A stretch of DNA of 64,000 nt from Paraspadella gotoi (GCA_051294375.1 CM119267.1:18330992-18394991); one strand, 5' to 3'; positions 25,901 to 38,804 are shown, numbered from the stretch's first letter. A program made the numbers and translations. The notes: generated from the sequence alone by a model not told the origin.

Positions 25901-27100
25901 CAATATGGCCTAACCAATAGCTATTATATGGCATTTTACATGTCATACCTGAACATTTTCCTTTTCGTCAACAGTCTCCATGTAAACGAAAGATCGATTA
26001 GAAACATGACAGATAGCGATTTCATCGTTGTTGGCGAGGAATTGGCGAGTGCCCTTGCCGAGCTTAGCGCCGTTGATAAAAGTGCCGTTGGAGCTGCAAT
26101 CCTCGACGAAAGTGAAACATCCCGTGGAGGTGCGGTTTCGCGTGAGCTTGAAGTGAACCTTGGAGTATGCCTTATAATACTTGGCGCTGATTGTTCCACG
26201 AGAACCGCTTATATTTTTAACGAGTACTGAAGAATATCGATGGAGGCATTGGTACGTTTGAATTGACATTCAAAATTATTTTTTCTTTGTGCAACTAAAA
26301 AAGGCTCATGGAATGCTCAGAAGTGGAGGCTGTGTGGTGTGTAAAAGGATGAACTTTAGACCATTTAACTGCCTTACATGTGCAGTACATTGTGCACTAT
26401 GAAACTTCAACCATTTGGTCAACGGAAGTAACTCGCAAACACTACCGTGTTGTATAAGTTTTTTTAAATCTTAATGAAGAAAAAGAACGTGAAAAGGCCC
26501 GAATGGATGCCGCTGCAACTCTTGAAGTTTGTTTTCCGGATTCTAACTTGATGCATGAGCAGACTACTCATCTTTTAAACACGGCTAAATAACTTAGAAC
26601 CAATTATGAAGTAAAATCATGGTTGGCTACCTTTTATTTCTTATTCGGTAATTAGGTTTGAAATTATAAATTTGTCTTGTAAAAGAAGTTTCATATGGTA
26701 TTCAATATATTTCTGAGAAAAATGAGTGGAAGCCATTCTTGTCAGGATCGATCTTTCCTTTCACAATTATGAAAGTTAACTAATCTTGGTGTCGATTTTC
26801 ATAGTAAAAACTTCCTCAGTTCACAACGAAGATTTAATAAATATCTGGTAGGCCCAATCAATCCGTACCAATGCCGCAATCTTCCCCTCGTCCTACGGTA
26901 ACTTCGTCGTCGAACAAACAATGAGGCTCTTCGCCATAGAGGGCGCTCATGGGAAACAGTCTGCCCCAAGGCTGTCGACTCGCCTCGACGGCGACGCTCT
27001 GAGACTGGGACTGAAGCGCGGAGACGGGCAAGTCCTCCAAACCTATCGTCTGCGCCGTCTGGGACTCGCCCGTGGAGAGCGAGGAAGGCGGAGCGCTCAT
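22926..27100 (-). CDS. CHEK2: Checkpoint kinase 2
   Basis: N-terminal SQ/TQ motifs, FHA domain (PWGRL, VGRG, SKVHF, SSNGTFING), kinase domain (LGSGAYGEV, HRDLKPENILL, DFGLAK, APE). Confidence 0.88.
25201..25358. mobile_element. Short non-autonomous element with 17-bp inverted repeats and internal (CCCTAA)n-like units
   Basis: ttttactttcgccgacc ... ggtcggcgaaagtaaaa. A second partial copy lies at about 16108-16150. Confidence 0.7.
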
Positions 27101-27531
27101 AGTTTCTCTTTTTTCTCTCTCTCTCTCCTGATTCTAGTTTTTCAACGAGTCTCTCGGGTCTTCAAAACAACGCGTGCGTTACAGTTCAACATGTTTATTA
27201 AGCAATTCAAACAGCAACGGAAATCTGATTAAAAAACGAATATAACCGTTTTAAGCTAGAAATTCCAAAAGAAAAATACAGGCGAAGATTGAAAAACGAA
27301 AAAAAAAAAAAAAATTGGAATGCGTACAACGAAAAAAACTTTTGACGGTTAACGCAACCAAAAAAGAAAACGGGTTTTTAAGGATTAAATGGTTAATACT
27401 AAGAAAAGAACTTTTTTTTTTTAAAGTTTGAATGTATTACTGCATTGAATATTTTATGGCATTGACAACACTGACTACTGTTCTCAGATGGCGATTTCCA
27501 TCACGCGCGATGCGGGATTAAGGGCGAGCGC

Positions 27532-28743
27532 TCAATAACCTCCATATCCGCCGTCTCCGCCATATCCTGAAAAAATGTATTTCATTCAGTCTCATTATTT
27601 CGTGTTAAAATAGTGGTCACAACCACGTCTAAATTTACCTCCATAACTGCCGCCACCCGCGTAACCGCCACCACTCCCGTATCCGCCACTGCCACTGTAT
27701 CCACCACCACCACCGTAATTCTCTTGATATCCGCCACCACCGCCGCCATAGGCTCCGCCGCTTCTGTTGTATCCACCGCCACCACCCCGTCCACCTCCAT
27801 AACCGCCACCTCCACGGCCACCTCCGTAGCCGCCGCCACCTCGACCGCCCCCATATCCACCTCCGCGACCACCACCCGGTGGGCGTTTTTCGGACTTCTT
27901 GGCGTGCACGCTCGTGCCGTCTTCCAGAATGTGCTGGGGTTTGGAGCACACTTCGGCGATGGAATTTTCGTCGGCGAACACTATGAACGCAAACCCCTTG
28001 GATCTGGGGTTTGAGTTAGGGTGGCAAATAGGAGTGATACAGGGAGGAAGAGGAGGAATTTCAGAGGAGAAGAAGGACAAGGGGGAACAAAAGAAAACTG
28101 TTGATTGATATAGTTTTAGTTGATACAGCTGTCTCTATTATGACAATGCCATAACCAAACGTTTCGAATGTTTCGTAAGTTTTATGGGAGTTTCTAAGTA
28201 GTTAATTAGCTCAAAAAGCTCTGAAGGCAGATGTCACCAGAAAAATCGATAAGTTACGAAGAAAGATTTAATGACCATCCACAAATATTTTTTTTACTTT
28301 TAAAAGTTGGAGCGAAACGAATTCGACAGAGACAGCCTTACCTCTACCATTTACCATTCCGACGTTCCAAATAGGAACCGGTACACATGATATATTTCCG
28401 GATTACGGAACGCTGGGATTAAAAATTACCCCTGTAACAACAGAATAGCTTTGGTTTATTCATATTTTAAACCAAGTAATTTGCATAACTAAGTTGACTC
28501 CCTATATATGACAAGTAATAATATTTCTTTAGTATATAAAGGGAATCCACTTTATAATTTAATTAACGACTTAAAAAAATAATTTCAACAAATTCACGTT
28601 TATTCTTACCTGTTGGTTTCTCTGTCATAGATGACTTTAACAGATTCGATCTCGCCAAAAGCGCTGAAATAATTTTCAAGCGTCGACTCGTCCGCATTTC
28701 GCGTTCCGCCAACAAACAACTTTCGAGCATCTTCATCACCCAT
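27532..28743 (-). CDS. Single-RRM glycine-rich RNA-binding protein (hnRNP A/B- or CIRBP-like)
   Basis: RNP2 KLFVGG, RNP1 RSKGFAFI across the intron, RGG/GYGG tail. Three coding exons. Confidence 0.9.
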
Positions 28744-29298
28744 TTTTCTTATCTTAATATGTACGAATTTACTTCTCTAAATTTCTTTGTGAGTTCAAAT
28801 CCTCGCAAAATTTTGCTCAAACTGTAAAAAGAAAATTATTGAAAAATACTCCAATGGCTATATTCGCACTTGATTAGCAGAAATAGGAAAACAATTTAAG
28901 GTTCATGTTCATAAGAATTCCAAATAAAGTTGAGGTATGCCAATTGCATTGGTTTCTAAGTCCTCCGATAACAGACGAATCTGGAAAAAAAAAGAGAAAG
29001 TTACAACTGAGAACCGACATAGTTTAGCAAAATTAGTCCACTCGGCGAATTAGTATACATGTATAAAATAACAATTTTAGATTTGATCGCGATTTAAGGG
29101 CGGAGCAGAGAATAGTTTATTGTAACGGACACCGAACATCTTCGTCGACCAACGCGCGAATTGATTTGATTTTTTAATAAAATAATATTGCCAAGACAAA
29201 AGGCTTAAACTTCAACGAGCGTCAATGTTAAGTATATATAAGTCCACCATAAAAATCGCAATCCATCCAAATTTGAAGGGATTGTTCATAAAAAATGT

Positions 29299-29457
29299 TT
29301 AATCACGACGCAATTTATGGTTGAAAACATCCTTGGCCTTCCGAGCGTTGTTCTGCAGCTGCTTCACAGCGACGGGCATTTTGATCAAAAGATCTTTGGA
29401 AAAGAAGTAGGATCTGTAGCCCAGGGAGAGAGTCTTGTCAACGTAAGGAACCTTCAT
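29299..29457 (-). CDS. 52-aa basic small ORF
   Basis: MKVPYVDKTLSLGYRSYFFSKDLLIKMPVAVKQLQNNARKAKDVFNHKLRRD. Exon-like GC content, acceptor just upstream, AATAAA downstream near 29116-29121. Confidence 0.4.
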   Translation of the reverse strand: MKVPYVDKTLSLGYRSYFFSKDLLIKMPVAVKQLQNNARKAKDVFNHKLRRD

Positions 29458-29566
29458 TTTGGTCCGGCAAAGTTAGATGCTATTTTAAACTAATTAAAAA
29501 TTTACCTATATCAATGAGGTTTTTTTGCTTATGATATAAAAATCGGTCATAACAATTATACCAGTT

Positions 29567-29860
29567 TTAGATATTATATTGATATGTATTAGAGCGGTCG
29601 TTTAACCTATCACTAGTATCATAATTTTGCAGGACCAGCCAGTTGCTCCGAACGGCAATGGGCGTTAAAATATGATGTTGGAACTGCTCGCCCATGATGA
29701 GCCAATAGTTGACATCATTTTTGTCTGTCGCCGAGTCGTGCGGCCCATTGGCTAAACCGCGAACGGAATCCACGAAGACCGGACACTCAATTTTCGACCC
29801 AATACGCGGTACGAACGGGGAAAGGACTCTGCCCACGACTTTAAATTGATTCAAGAACAT
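29567..29860 (-). CDS. Small protein with a mitochondrial-presequence-like N-terminus
   Basis: MFLNQFKVVGRVLSPFVPRIGS...VRGLA. GC-rich exon. The 3' end is probably spliced to a micro-exon near 29506-29528. Confidence 0.5.
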   Translation of the reverse strand: MFLNQFKVVGRVLSPFVPRIGSKIECPVFVDSVRGLANGPHDSATDKNDVNYWLIMGEQFQHHILTPIAVRSNWLVLQNYDTSDRLNDRSNTYQYNI

Positions 29861-30317
29861 TTTCTGAACGAAATTCGACTACGAAAGCAAAAGATGATCT
29901 TAAATATAAGAAAAACAATGGGGGAAGAAACAAAACGACTGACTTCGTAGAATGAAAAAAAATCATGTTCATTTCAACTGATCTCATTTGAATCGAGAAT
30001 TTTCGAAAGTTAAAAAAGGAAAAAATTCCACAATCCGCAGTAATTTTTTAGTATAAAATATAAATCCTGATAAAAAATTAACAGGATTGGAGCTCCTCTT
30101 AAATATTTTTTGCGACAAGTAACAAAATTATCAAAGAGTATGGACAGCAATGCCTACAGATGATACTGCAACAATAACATTTTTAAACTTCTTACCATAT
30201 CTCGAAAGACTTCTAGATAGGTAGCCAAATGCTTCCAAACGTAATTGCCTGTAAAATTGAAATATCCAAGTTTGAGGCGGTATCAAAACAAAAGATGAAA
30301 GGAACCACGATTTTATT

Positions 30318-30385
30318 TTAGATCAGTGGTTCCTTAGCGTCATCACAGAGTATATGATAGAGCTAATAACAATTCATCATTAAAT
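30318..30385 (-). ncRNA. Intronic box C/D snoRNA with two 18S rRNA guides
   Basis: C box ATGATGA, guide TATTAGCTCTA, C' GTGATGA, guide CTAAGGAACCA, D box CTGA, short terminal stem. The guides complement the conserved 18S segments UAGAGCUAAUA and UGGUUCCUUAG. Confidence 0.88.
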
Positions 30386-30617
30386 AAGAGTTTTGGGGGC
30401 CAGGATTGCCATAAACGAATCTTAAATTTGATAGACGGCATTTTCTGTATGAGCTTTAATTTAAATTATGATTAAAATAATAATATTTTATTAAAGATGA
30501 ATTCACCTAATAAATGCGTCCATTGCCCAATCGTTGATAGTAAACCCCGTGATCTGGAGATAAAGGATTACATTTTAGCAAAAAAGAAACACTAATGGTA
30601 ATTAATTAAAAGTTTTT

Positions 30618-30690
30618 ATATTTCAGCATTTTAAACTCGTCATAACTAAGCGTTAATTCGTTAGAGCTAATATCAAGAACATCATTAAAT
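30618..30690 (-). ncRNA. Intronic box C/D snoRNA, SNORD44-like guide
   Basis: C box ATGATGT, guide TATTAGCTCTA-A, C' ATGACGA, D box CTGA, terminal stem TATTT/AAATA. It lies in the neighbouring intron. Confidence 0.75.
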
Positions 30691-31223
30691 ACCGTTCTAT
30701 TTTCAAAAATTTGATTAATTTATTAAAATTACCTATAGGAAAAGAACGGCGAGAATTTGGAAGTGATGAATCTGTGCTATCGCCGAAAGTTCTTCAGTTA
30801 AAAAGTAAAACGCAATGTTTTTTTCGGTAGAAAATTTATTTATAGTAGATGTTCTAGAACACGAAAGCAAGATCTCAAAGTTTGGATAGAGAACAATCAA
30901 AACAAAGATATTTCAACAACTGGGAGCTGACAAAATGCTTCAAATAGGAATGTATAAGAAACATTAAAAAATACGAAAGCAAAAAAACCTGAAAATCTCA
31001 GTCTGGTTTCCAAACGAATCGAGTCGATTTTGTCAGTGCCACAAAAGAAAATTACCAAAAAAAATAGGGAGAACGATAATATTGTTTTTATTTTACTTGG
31101 CACAAGCTATCTAATCGAAATAGAAAAAAATGTCGCTTCAAGAGCGAAACTGTTGAAGGAATGAAAGGATGGGCGAATCGACAGCGAATCAACGAATGAC
31201 GAGTCCCGGACAAATCCCCCTTC

Positions 31224-31765
31224 TCAAGCTTGGTCGCAATCGCGAGCCATGTGACCGTATCCCTGGCAGCGATAACATTGCATCTGGCCACGTCCACCGC
31301 CTCCACCGCCGCCTCCACCCCCGCGTCTTTCCTCAGGGCAATCACGAGCCATGTGCCCGGGCTTGTTGCAATTAAAGCAGTTTCCACCGCCACCGCCGCC
31401 GTACGATCGTCCACCGCCACCGCCTCCGCCTAAACAAATTTAATTATGACTGAAGGAAAAAAAAATGGGGGGGGGAAGAAAAGTAAGGCTAACCTTGGGG
31501 GCAATCACGAGAAATGTGACCTTCCTCGTTGCAGTTGTAGCACCTCTGGGGTCCACGACCGCCAAAGCCACCGCCGCCACCGCCACCGAATCGGCCACCG
31601 CCACCGCCACCACCACCACCTCCACGTCGCTGCTGAGGTTGGGTACATTCCCTAAAAACACAAAAAAAAGATAGAAAAAGGAATGTAGACGAAAAAATAT
31701 TCAAGATTTACGTACCTGGAGAAGTGCCCAGATTCGCCACAGTTGTAACAAGCGCGATCACCCAT
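31224..31765 (-). CDS. CNBP: CCHC zinc-knuckle RGG protein (CNBP/GIS2-like)
   Basis: Four CX2CX4HX4C knuckles separated by Gly/Arg tracts. Three exons. Confidence 0.8.
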
Positions 31766-32470
31766 TTTGATATAATCTTTGGTTATTAAATCTTTAAAAA
31801 AGGGAACAATTTCAGATGGTAAGTGTGCCAAGGAATACGACCGGATATTAAAGACGAGTACAAAATAAAGAAAAAAATTAAATTCTCGATGCCGAAAAAG
31901 TAATAATCGCTTCCATTAAAATACTACGTTCTGCTCATTTGTAAACGGTTATAAAGAAAATTAATTGCTTTTAACATTAGCGCATGAGAACAAAGAAAAT
32001 ACGCCATAGTATGACTATTAATGATTACTTTGAAAAATACTTTACTTCAGTCTTTTGGCATTATTGGAAGAAGGGAGGTAAAAATAAATCAACTCACGTT
32101 GTTTAAAAAGCAAGCGAAACAGTCCGATTCATTTTAAAAAGCTGCTCCTTTGGGGAAAAAGTCCCATTATTCCTCGAGGCAAAAAAAAAAAACCCAAATA
32201 ACGTACGCTAAATTCTTCTTTAATGAGAAAAGCCGTGTAGGAATAAAGAAAACTATGAATAAACGCGGGGGGGATTAAAAATAAGTTAGCACAATATAGT
32301 ATTAAAGAGAAGTCATGGCGAGGATTCCGTAAAAGACGTCGAAACAGAGGCCTAGAGCACACTTCGCCGATCTCCCCCTAATAACCTTTCCGCGTACCAA
32401 ACCAGACCCCTTTCCCCCCACCCCCCCAACCGGCCCACGTCTCTCTCTCTCTCTCCCCGCGGATAAGTTT

Positions 32471-33679
<1,209 letters not shown>

Positions 33680-34127
33680 TCAATCGCGTCGTTCCGGCAA
33701 AGAGAGAGGAAAGGGGAATACAGTCGAGAGGAAATAGAAACTAACGAGGAGGCGAGTAGAGAATTCGAGAGATGCCCTTTTGTTCGAGAAGGAACGAGGT
33801 TTGTGATCGAAATGGCCGACGGCCTCGACTTCCCACGGATTTTAAAGCGAAACGCGAAGGCGCGAAAAGCTTAACAGTCGCGGGGCAGGGAAGCCAAGGC
33901 GGTAGCGAGGGTCGCGAGATCGAGGGAGCACGAGGACCGTTCGTCGGGGGGAAACAAAACCTTCCGAGATGCGAAGGAGTTTTTTTTTAAAAGACGAGTC
34001 AGGCTCGAGGGTGGGGGATAAATTGCCTAATTTGATATTATCTAGGAGAAAGGACAAATTCAAAAAAGTTTCGAAAGTCATAAATATGAATCAACAACAG
34101 GGGAAAAAAAAAAAAAATTCCGGAACA

Positions 34128-35206
34128 TCAGGGATAAAATTCTTTCTGTTTGTAATAAACATCCTTGATTCCGTTTCGCTTCTGATACGGATGGTAAGGG
34201 TCGTCGACGTAGTATTTAGGTTGCAGCATGTGAGCGCGGACCATTAGGTCGAGTCTCTTATTTTCCCCACTCGTGCACATTATGTGTTTCCGCATTGCCG
34301 CGCGGTGGGTTGGGGAGCGAAGGTACAACCGTTTATGACGGCCTGACGAGGAAAGAGTAAGAAACGGGTGCGTGACGCAGTAAAATGTTACACTTAGCAA
34401 TGGTAAATCGATTTACCTCCGACAGTCCGGATCCACATTCCGTTGTTGAGCCTTTTAAAAGAGATAAACACTTTTCGGACGCCGACCGATTCGCCATTAA
34501 GGAGATTGTAGCGAACGGGACCGTAAAATGAAGGAACAGGCACGGCCCAGTGGCGACAAATCAGCCACTCTCGAGTTCCGTACGAACCCGCCGTGCCGTG
34601 TCGGATCGGTTGCGTCGAGACAATCTAGGATGTGAAGCGTAAGTCTTAGGACTATTGGATTAAAGTCTACCATCCTTTAAGAGCGGTCATTAGAGCCGGA
34701 GGAAAGTAATTCGTCTACAAAACCCCAAAAAGGTCAGAGGTTAAAGCCCGTTGGCCGCCAAGCACTCAAGTTGGACGGGCGCTTAATCCGCCTGTAGCAG
34801 TGTACTATAGCCTGATCCGAAGCTCGGGAACTGCTTGATTATGAACGGGTCAGTCATTGATTTATTACTATAATTCTGTCCCTACAGGGCGTTTGTAGCT
34901 GTCCCGCCTTTCTCTAAAATATTTTATAATTCCCATCTCCCTTTATCGATTTCATTTCTCTTAAGTTTATCACGCCAAAAAAATTTATTCCTTTCTGTAG
35001 TCTGTTACAATTTCCCTCACCTTAATTTTCGGAAGCAAAAAACCGGGAGACCAAGAGGAGCCTATCGAAAAGGACGGCGTCTTCGATAGTCCGTCGTTAG
35101 ACCCCGTCGCCGCTACGAAAGTTCTCGTCAATGAATTCGTCAAAGGGAGACGGGAAGACGCCAGGGGCGACAAGAAGGATTTCAATGTTCTCAAAAACGA
35201 AGTCAT
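34128..35206 (-). CDS. MRPL35: Mitochondrial ribosomal protein bL35m
   Basis: Presequence exon, then FKRLNNGMWIRTVGG|RHKRLY...MC...KRLDLMV...YYVDDPYHPYQKR. Confidence 0.88.
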
Positions 35207-35468
35207 GTCGGCTTCAACGAAAACAAAGCAACATATAATCGTAAAATAAAGTCATTTGCATTGAGAAAAAAAAACTCAAAAAATTAATAATACGTTAACA
35301 AATTAGTATAAACAGTTTCGAAACTGAACCGCGAGGAAGGAAATGAATAAACAAACAAGTACATAAAATTTCAAGAAAAGTAAGAAATAAAACAATCCAT
35401 CTGTGAGCATTAAACGTTTCGAAAGATGAAAAAGTCATAGGTAGTAATGAATTTGTTTCTAAACGACG

Positions 35469-35949
35469 TCAACGCCCGCCCCTCCCACCACCCCGGGGAC
35501 CACCTCTCCTTGGCCCTCCTCGGCGCGGCCCTCCACGGCCGCGGCCACGTCCGGCTCGCCCCATGGGTCCGCCCCTGCCACCCCCTCGCCCGCCGCCCCT
35601 GCCCCCTCTTTTGGATTTGGGGCCGTCGTCAATGAGAAGAGTGTCGAGCGGAAGTGCGTCTGGCAGAATGTAGTAACGAATGTTGCTACCGCGAATAGAG
35701 AGAGTGTCCAAGTTCTGTCCAAGCAACAAAATCAAAGGAGATTCGTTATTCAAATTGTATATTTTCACCCCCTGACAGCGATTCGCCCACCTGTGGGTCT
35801 TTATTCTTGATGGTCATTTTAACGGCCTTGAGGTGTGTGTTCATTGCGACGTCGACGCCAGTGACGGTCCCATGGACCTGCGTTCCGTTCTTTAACTCGA
35901 TCGTCACCGTTTCGTGACTTAGCTTCATCAAGAATCGAACTAACTTCAT
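35469..35949 (-). CDS. SNRPD1: Small nuclear ribonucleoprotein Sm D1
   Basis: [22 protein letters not shown]...[23 protein letters not shown] and an RG tail. Two exons. Confidence 0.98.
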
Positions 35950-36125
35950 TTTTTGTCTTTTTTTTAATATTTCAATGTTTTTGTTAAAACTACGTGGATG
36001 TTAAAGATGGAGTCAGTCTTTCGTATAAAACGTATGGAAGCAGATTTGGCCCTTTAACAAAAATTTTTCGGCTAATAAATAATTGATTCCGCGTCGTACA
36101 TCAACAAATAATAATTAAAATTGCC

Positions 36126-37089
36126 CTAATAACGATAGTACCAGTAACATATTACGACGACCATTAAAGTACTTAAAACCTCTAAAATTCTTGAGAGAAG
36201 CGAAGGAGGATTATTTTTTCGGTACTTTTTTTGCCGAATGTTCTTTAGGTATTCTTGAATCTTTTCATGGTCTCTGATAAGGGGTAATTATAAAAAATTA
36301 TTCTATAATGACGTTATTACCTTAAACAGAGTTTTACCCAGATGATTTCATTTCCTGCACGACGTGCTCATTGTAGTAGTTGTGAAAATCTTCAAGTCCT
36401 CTCTGATTTTCTCTCTTTACAAACACAGTTCGATTCGCTTTCACTCTTTTCCGATCGTGGGCGGCTTCCTGAAAGGTGCGCAAATCTTCGAAAGTGAGGT
36501 CCTCGTGGGGATGGGACTTTTTCGTCTTGGGCTTATAGTCACGAAACGACGAAATGCCGCGATCGTACTCGCGTCGCTTGTCTTCGTTTCCTAATATCTG
36601 GGGCGAGGAGAGGCAAGTGGCAAGTTTAAAACGGAGAAAATAATTAAAATTGCACACGAAGGTTTTAAGAAATGTGACAACCGAGAGTCAACAAGGATTA
36701 TTCCTTACAGTTAGTCCCCAACCTTTGTCAACCTGGTATGCTTTTGAAATATCGACGAACTTTTCCACTCCGACTGGGTCCTTGCAGACGTCGGGATGGT
36801 AGATTTTGGATAATCTAAAGTAGGCAGCTTTGATTTGATCCGGGTCGGCATTCGGCGACAAACCCAGCGCATCGTACAGTTCGCTCTGTCTGACGGCATA
36901 TGTCCGTCGGAAATCGGTCACCCACTTCGATCGACGACAGTCGCTCTTCAGTCCGAAGAGAGCGTGGCTAAAAGTTGCCGCACTAAACGCCCAACACGAC
37001 CCGTGACGTGAAGTACGGTACAATTTTAAAGAGCGACCCGTAAAAAGTAGCGACCCAGATGCCGTCGCAGATTTCGCAATAATCCACAT
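36126..37089 (-). CDS. DNAJC30: Mitochondrial J-domain protein with a C-terminal TM helix
   Basis: Presequence, LYDALG...IKAAYFRLSKIYHPD...ISKAYQ|ILGNEDKRREYDRG. The last exon ends in hydrophobic VLSTLMVVVICYWYYRY. Confidence 0.75.
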
Positions 37090-37192
37090 AATTTCTTCGT
37101 CGCTCAATGTTCATCTTATAAGAAAATCATTGTAACTGCGTACGGGATGAAGATATTGCGATAAAAAAAGTTACACGCGCACAGGGTTTCGT

Positions 37193-38506
37193 TCAGCAGT
37201 ATTTGAAGCCGGTATCAGCGAATATAACTCTTGGGTCGATCTTCTTCGCCTCCCGAGAAGAGTTGACGTTTGATCTCTCCAAGTTTGGTTTTCGAGTCCG
37301 TCCCTCGTGGTTTTCATTTTGATTCGGGGAAGATGCTAACATGGATTCTCCGACGAGCATCCGATCGATTCGCATAGAGGTCATCGCCACGCGCCTGCTC
37401 ACGTTCCGGTTTTCGTTGGTCGTAGTCCCCATCCCTAACAACATCACGCGGAGAAGGCTGCCCTCCATGCGACGCCAAGAGTGACAGGTCGACTCGAAAT
37501 CGTTGGGAAGAATTTCCTCGATGACCGACAGAATGGCTTCGAACATTTCGAAATAGAGCGAAGCCTCTTTGTGTCGCTTCTGAAGCGCTGCCCCGATCCG
37601 CAGCGCCAGCTGTTCCCACTTTTGAAGTGGACCCGCACCGTTTATTCGGGCTCGCAGGTTTTCGTAGGACATACCCGATTTTGACGAGATAGGTGCTTTC
37701 AGTGATCTCGAAGAACCAGGCGGCATTACATTTGACCCTACGGGATTCACTGAAAGTCCCGAAGCAGCAACGCCACTGGACGCGGGTTGTAGCAAAGCGC
37801 CACTCCGTGTACTCTCGCCGGGCTGCAGACCGACGCTCGACGAGGCGTTCTGACCGGCAGCCAATTTCGTCCTCTTAGGTTGGCTGGAATTAAAATTGTC
37901 CTGGAACCGGAAACCTTCCCTGACAGAAAAATTGCTCGTTTCGCTGGAAGAGTTGCAAGGGGATCCTTCCTCCGACCGAATAGCGTTTGTATTAGAATCA
38001 ATCCTCTTGTATTCAAACCCGAAATCTTCGAGACTTTTGAAAATCAGATCGATGATGACGAACAATCTCTTGGCCCTCTCGGGAGCCCATTCGTCTTGAC
38101 CATGATGCGTCACGTGATAATCCGCGTAGTAGTTGACCACCTTGTCCTCAAAGTCCGAATGGGCCTTGGCCCTTTTCCAAACACGTATGACGCTGTCAAC
38201 GTCCGCTCGAGTCATCGGCGATTGCGTCACGACTTCCTGCATGGCCATGAACCGAGGAAGATCGCGCTCGACCACGCGTGTCTCCTTAATTGACTGACGA
38301 GACTTTCTGGAACCCAAGGACAATCTATCGCTCGTAATCGTCGCGTAGGTTTCCAGGGTGGGACGACGCTGCCCATCCAGGCTACCCGCGTACGAAGGCA
38401 CGTTTTTTTGGTCCTCGGGAGAGGATTGTGAAGCGTAGCAACAGCATTTACCCGGGCCGTTGCTCATAAAGTTTCGTCCCATCGTTTTCGACTCGGTCGT
38501 TCCCAT
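37193..38506 (-). CDS. Intronless 437-aa acylation-motif protein with a split globin-like fold
   Basis: MGTTES start and a CCC motif. Globin A-, E-, F-, G- and H-like helices are separated by a Ser-rich insert. Confidence 0.7.
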   Translation of the reverse strand: MGTTESKTMGRNFMSNGPGKCCCYASQSSPEDQKNVPSYAGSLDGQRRPTLETYATITSDRLSLGSRKSRQSIKETRVVERDLPRFMAMQEVVTQSPMTRADVDSVIRVWKRAKAHSDFEDKVVNYYADYHVTHHGQDEWAPERAKRLFVIIDLIFKSLEDFGFEYKRIDSNTNAIRSEEGSPCNSSSETSNFSVREGFRFQDNFNSSQPKRTKLAAGQNASSSVGLQPGESTRSGALLQPASSGVAASGLSVNPVGSNVMPPGSSRSLKAPISSKSGMSYENLRARINGAGPLQKWEQLALRIGAALQKRHKEASLYFEMFEAILSVIEEILPNDFESTCHSWRRMEGSLLRVMLLGMGTTTNENRNVSRRVAMTSMRIDRMLVGESMLASSPNQNENHEGRTRKPNLERSNVNSSREAKKIDPRVIFADTGFKYC

Positions 38507-38804
38507 CTCCTGGCTGTCCTTATATTACATGCTAACTAGCGCCTTGCCCCGCAAAGAAAACCAATTAATATAAAATATAGATAATATTATGCAAGTCAGT
38601 TTCATACTATTACTAACTCCCTCAGATCCCGGGAACGAAGTTGAGACAAATAAAAAGTATTCGTAGTATTTTTTATATCAACATCATAAAACAAAAAAAA
38701 TTGCTAAATTAGCAATAAACAGTAGGAATAAAACGAAGTAGTCAATGCATTGAAGAATGATTTAAAAACAAATTCAGAGTATGTGGCTAAAAAAAATTCA
38801 TATT

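Noticed and set aside
26300-26600. Broken plus-strand reading frame in a CHEK2 intron
   Set aside because: It has multiple stops and no recognisable motif, so it is at most a decayed TE.
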